Source: an uncultured Bacilli bacterium (GTDB taxonomy: Bacteria; Bacillota_I; Bacilli_A; RF39; UBA660). From it: DNA of 64,000 nt. Location: assembly GCA_934148845.1 (NCBI GenBank), contig CAKPDH010000003.1, positions 65,789-129,788 of the forward strand. Reading direction: 5' to 3'. The translations under genes were made by a program, and so were the position numbers. The notes beneath the pieces are model-generated. The model worked only from the letters and a program-made list of their open reading frames with translations. It ran no database searches and was not told the origin of the DNA. Positions 60,619 to 64,000 of this stretch are shown one piece after another. How positions within the stretch are numbered: the stretch's first letter is position 1; each line of letters opens with the position of its first letter.

Positions 60619-62736
60619 ATGAAAATGAGATATAGAGCAGATGCAAAAGATGTAATTATATTTGGCATTTTTGCGCTTGTTTGGCTTTTAATCGTTTCTT
60701 TTGCTGTATCTAACATATATGAATTTTTAAATGGTAGATCTTTTACCATTAATATATTTATAGCGTTTTCACTTCAAAATATAGCTATAACTTTAATTTT
60801 CTTTGTAATAGGAATTGTAGCTGTTTTTGCAGGTGTAAAATCTGTCTTTCTTGAAAAAGAAGACGATGTAACTGGTATTGGTATATCAATAGGAAGTAAA
60901 AAAGAAAAAAATTATGCAAGATGGGCAAAAGATAGTGAAATAGAAAATGGATTAGATGTAAAAGCTGTAGATCCACTATCTCCAAAAGCAGATGCAGCTG
61001 GTATTCCTCTTAAAATGACTCCTAAAAAAGTTTGGGTTGATAATGGTGGGTATCATAATCTTGTAATAGGTAGTACTGGTGCAGGTAAAACACAAACAAC
61101 GGTTTTACCTATGGTAAACCTACTTGCAAAACATGATGAGTCAATGATTGTAACAGACCCTAAAGGCGAAATATATGAGGGAACCTCAAACTATTTAAAA
61201 AGTTTAGGTTATAATATTGTACTTTTAAATTTCCGTGATCCACAGCAAGGTAATGCTTGGAATCCTATGTATTTACCATATTCTTTATATAAAGATGGTA
61301 ATATAGATAAATCAGTTGAGTTACTTGAAGACTTAGCTGCTAATATACTTCACGATCCATCAGCTAAAGGACAGGATCCATTCTGGGAAAATACATCAGC
61401 TGATTATTTTGCTGGTCTAGCTTGTGCCCTTTTTGAAGATGCAAAGCCAGAAGAAATAAATTTAAATAGTATAAGTTTAATGACAACAACTGGAGAAGAA
61501 AAGTTAGCTAATACTACTTATGTAAAAGATTATTTTAGTTATAAAGATCCAGCAGGTACAGCATATACTAAAGCATCCTCTACACTTATGGCTCCTAGTG
61601 AAACAAAGGGTAGTATATTATCTGTATTTAAGCAAAAAATCCAATTATTTGCGTCTCGTGCTAATCTATCAGAAATGCTTTCAAATAATGATTTTGATAT
61701 GCGTGATATTGGTAAAAAGAAAACAGCTGTTTTTATAGTTATTCAAGATGAAAAAACAACATATCATTCACTTGTAACTATATTTTTGAAACAGTGCTAT
61801 GAAACATTAATTTCAGTGGCTCAAGAATCTGGTGGAAAACTTCCACATAGAACTAATTTTATACTTGATGAGTTTGCAAATATGCCACCTTTAAAAGATG
61901 TTACAACTATGGTTACAGCTGCACGTTCTAGAAATATACGTTTTACATTTATTATTCAGAACTTTGCTCAGTTATACGAAGTATATGGTAAAGAAAATGG
62001 TGAAACAATTAAAGGTAACTGTGGTAACATTGTATATTTGATAAGTACAGAGTTATCCGCACTTGAAGAAATTAGTAAAATGTGTGGTGATGTTAAGTCA
62101 AAAGAAAAAGAAAAAACTAGTTCGACTCCTCTTGTAACTGTAAGTGATTTGCAGCGTTTAAGTCAATGGGAGACAATTATATTAAGACTTAGAACTATGC
62201 CTTTTAAAACAAAATTAACACCAAACTATCAAATGAATTGGGGACATAATTTTCCTAAAGCAAAATATCCACAAAGAGAAAAAATTCCTGTAAAAACGTT
62301 TGATATAAAGGCTTTTGTAAATAAAAAAAGAGAAGAAAAAATAAATAGTATGTTAAAAGATGGAAATCAAGGCATGCCAAGTAGTCCATTTGGTGGATCG
62401 TCTTTTAATCCATTTAGCGGCATTAATAGCGGTTTTGATAGACCAGATATAGGAAGTTCATCACCTTTTCAGGGTGGCTATAATATAGATGATATGGTTA
62501 AGAGAATAGATGCAAAAATAGCTGAACTTGAAGCAGAAGAAAAAGAAGAAGAATTAAAGAAAAAAGAAGAAAAAGAAACTGTTATTTCTCCTACTGAAAC
62601 TAAGGAAGAAGTAAATAATATAATAACGGATGATAAACTAAATAATAGTAGTGATAATAATTTATCTATTAAAGACAATGATACAAAAGATATAACAGAT
62701 GATCAATTTTTTGATGATTTCTTTTCAGATGAGTAA
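60619..62736 (+). CDS. virD4: type IV coupling protein (VirD4/TraG/TcpA-like)
   Basis: Two N-terminal TM helices. Walker A GSTGAGKTQT. Walker B FILDEFANMP. TraG/TRAG-type motifs are present. Acidic, Ser-rich C-terminal tail. Confidence 0.85.
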   Translation: MKMRYRADAKDVIIFGIFALVWLLIVSFAVSNIYEFLNGRSFTINIFIAFSLQNIAITLIFFVIGIVAVFAGVKSVFLEKEDDVTGIGISIGSKKEKNYARWAKDSEIENGLDVKAVDPLSPKADAAGIPLKMTPKKVWVDNGGYHNLVIGSTGAGKTQTTVLPMVNLLAKHDESMIVTDPKGEIYEGTSNYLKSLGYNIVLLNFRDPQQGNAWNPMYLPYSLYKDGNIDKSVELLEDLAANILHDPSAKGQDPFWENTSADYFAGLACALFEDAKPEEINLNSISLMTTTGEEKLANTTYVKDYFSYKDPAGTAYTKASSTLMAPSETKGSILSVFKQKIQLFASRANLSEMLSNNDFDMRDIGKKKTAVFIVIQDEKTTYHSLVTIFLKQCYETLISVAQESGGKLPHRTNFILDEFANMPPLKDVTTMVTAARSRNIRFTFIIQNFAQLYEVYGKENGETIKGNCGNIVYLISTELSALEEISKMCGDVKSKEKEKTSSTPLVTVSDLQRLSQWETIILRLRTMPFKTKLTPNYQMNWGHNFPKAKYPQREKIPVKTFDIKAFVNKKREEKINSMLKDGNQGMPSSPFGGSSFNPFSGINSGFDRPDIGSSSPFQGGYNIDDMVKRIDAKIAELEAEEKEEELKKKEEKETVISPTETKEEVNNIITDDKLNNSSDNNLSIKDNDTKDITDDQFFDDFFSDE

Positions 62737-62791
62737 ACTATTTAACTTAATATATAATTAACTTTTGCATACATTATACTAGGGTGGTTAT

Positions 62792-63079
62792 ATGTTTGAT
62801 AATATATCTATATGGGATTTAAGAAATATACAAAATCCTAATTTAATAGATATAAGAAGTATAGAAAAGTATAACAGTAGTCATATAAATGGTGCAAAAA
62901 ATATACCATTAAATAAAATACTAATTGATCCAGTAAAATATATGAATAAAAATGAAAAATATTATATATATTGTCAGCAAGGTTTACAAAGTAGAAAATT
63001 ATGTCAAATACTTGGAAATATGGGATACAATGTTGTAAATATTATTGGCGGTTATGAAAATTGGATTATGAATCAATAA
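62792..63079 (+). CDS. rhodanese-domain protein (single-domain sulfurtransferase)
   Basis: Active-site loop YCQQGLQSRK and IIGGYENW are typical of rhodanese. Confidence 0.8.
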   Translation: MFDNISIWDLRNIQNPNLIDIRSIEKYNSSHINGAKNIPLNKILIDPVKYMNKNEKYYIYCQQGLQSRKLCQILGNMGYNVVNIIGGYENWIMNQ

Positions 63080-63081
63080 AA

Positions 63082-63106
63082 AGACGTAGGTCTTTTTATT
63101 TATAAT
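63082..63106 (+). terminator. intrinsic terminator
   Basis: AAAGAC-gtag-GTCTTT followed by TTATTT. Confidence 0.45.
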
Positions 63107-63171
63107 TAAAAAAATATTGCAAACGTATATTATGAATGATATAATTAATTTACAAGAAAGATAGTGATTAT

Positions 63172-64000
63172 ATGGAATATATTTTATTAATAATGCTTAT
63201 TGTTATTTTAATACTTATAATAATATTATTACTTAGAAAAAATAATAATAATGATACAAATGAAAAAATAAATAAATTGGAAATAAGTTTAATTAAAGAA
63301 ATAGGTGAATTTAAAAATGATTTTTCTCATAGTCTTAATGATGATTTTAATAATCAAACTGAACGACTTGATAATAGATTAAGAATTATTAATGATAAAG
63401 TGAATGAAAGACTAGATGAAAATTTTGAAAAAACTAATAAAACTTTTTCAAATGTACTTGAACGTTTATCAAAAATAGACGAAGCCCAAAAAAAGATTGA
63501 TGAGCTTTCAGTAGATATTATTTCTCTTCAAGGTGTATTAACTGATAAAAAAACAAGAGGAATATTTGGAGAAGTTAATTTGGAACATATTTTATCAAAT
63601 ATATTTGGACCAAATAATACTAAAATATATCAAATGCAGTATACATTTTCAAATGGTACAATTGCAGATTGTGTTCTTTTTGCTCCAGAGCCACTTGGCC
63701 AAATTGCAATAGATTCTAAATTTCCTCTTGAGCATTATCAAATAATGGTTGATAAAAATAATAGTGCTGATGTTAGAAATAATGCTCTAAAAATGTTTAA
63801 AGCTGATATGAAAAAACATATAGACGCTATTAGTAGTAAGTATATTATTCCAGGTGTAACTAGTGATCAAGCAATATTATTTTTACCAGCCGAAGCAATA
63901 TTTGCAGAGGTAAATGCATATCATACTGATATACTTGAATATGCTTATAAAAAAAGAGTGTGGATAACTAGTCCTACGACACTTATTAGTACACTCACTA
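63172..64000 (+). CDS. rmuC: DNA recombination protein RmuC (5' portion; continues beyond window)
   Basis: N-terminal TM, long coiled coil, then the conserved RmuC region (GIFGEVNLEHIL...DCVLFAPEPLGQIAIDSKFPLE...ILFLPAEAIFAE). Confidence 0.8.
   Translation, partial: MEYILLIMLIVILILIIILLLRKNNNNDTNEKINKLEISLIKEIGEFKNDFSHSLNDDFNNQTERLDNRLRIINDKVNERLDENFEKTNKTFSNVLERLSKIDEAQKKIDELSVDIISLQGVLTDKKTRGIFGEVNLEHILSNIFGPNNTKIYQMQYTFSNGTIADCVLFAPEPLGQIAIDSKFPLEHYQIMVDKNNSADVRNNALKMFKADMKKHIDAISSKYIIPGVTSDQAILFLPAEAIFAEVNAYHTDILEYAYKKRVWITSPTTLISTLT

Noticed and set aside
60785-62678. Minus-strand ORFs 60785-60985 and 62478-62678
   Set aside because: Antisense within virD4; the second mirrors its acidic low-complexity tail.
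1-64000. CRISPR arrays and rRNA genes
   Set aside because: I saw no regularly spaced direct repeats with unique spacers and no rRNA-like conserved segments. The only tandem repeats are the collagen codon repeats and the 27.4-27.7 kb degenerate array.

Overview
This is a very AT-rich, low-GC Firmicutes chromosomal segment, Clostridium-like by codon usage and gene content. I had no database access, so every family assignment below comes from motifs I read in the six-frame translations.

The left 29 kb mixes housekeeping genes with mobile-element and defence-like debris.
- Housekeeping genes: rlmD-like rRNA methyltransferase, an SDR epimerase, uppP, iPGM gpmI, a NUDIX hydrolase and scpA/scpB.
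- Mobile and defence-like genes: an intact large serine recombinase next to a frameshifted HTH replication-like gene, a 5'-truncated IS30-family transposase, a resolvase remnant, and ~100-bp degenerate tandem repeats at the 3' end of a tRNA-Leu(CAA).
- Surface and other genes: an intact and a frameshifted BclA-type collagen-like gene, a Bro-N protein, a LysM/amidase remnant, and a large protein with a ParB/DUF262-like NGQQT motif.

The right 33 kb (29.6-62.7 kb) is one uninterrupted co-directional array that combines two machineries normally found separately, in this order:
- Two giant Cna-B-type adhesin-like proteins.
- A complete Tad/Flp-type (type IVc) pilus biogenesis module: CpaB-like, TadA/CpaF ATPase, TadB, TadC, a TadZ-like protein with a degenerate P-loop, and several TadE-like pseudopilins.
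- A class B sortase with a long N-terminal extension, next to its NPNTG-anchored beta-helix surface substrate.
- Three tandem VirB2/TrbC-like two-TM proteins with C-terminal CxxC motifs.
- A Gram-positive T4SS module: VirB6-like, PrgI/VirB3-like, a VirB4 split into two overlapping ORFs, a C39-like peptidase, a lipoprotein, an M23 peptidase fused to a GH24-like lysozyme, VirB8-like candidates and a VirD4 coupling protein.

No relaxase, oriT-associated gene, integrase or prepilin peptidase lies inside or at the edges of the array. It sits between scpAB and a rhodanese/rmuC pair. I regard it as a candidate undescribed hybrid Tad-pilus/T4SS surface apparatus; it could be a relaxase-less conjugation relic or a DNA/protein secretion or adhesion system.
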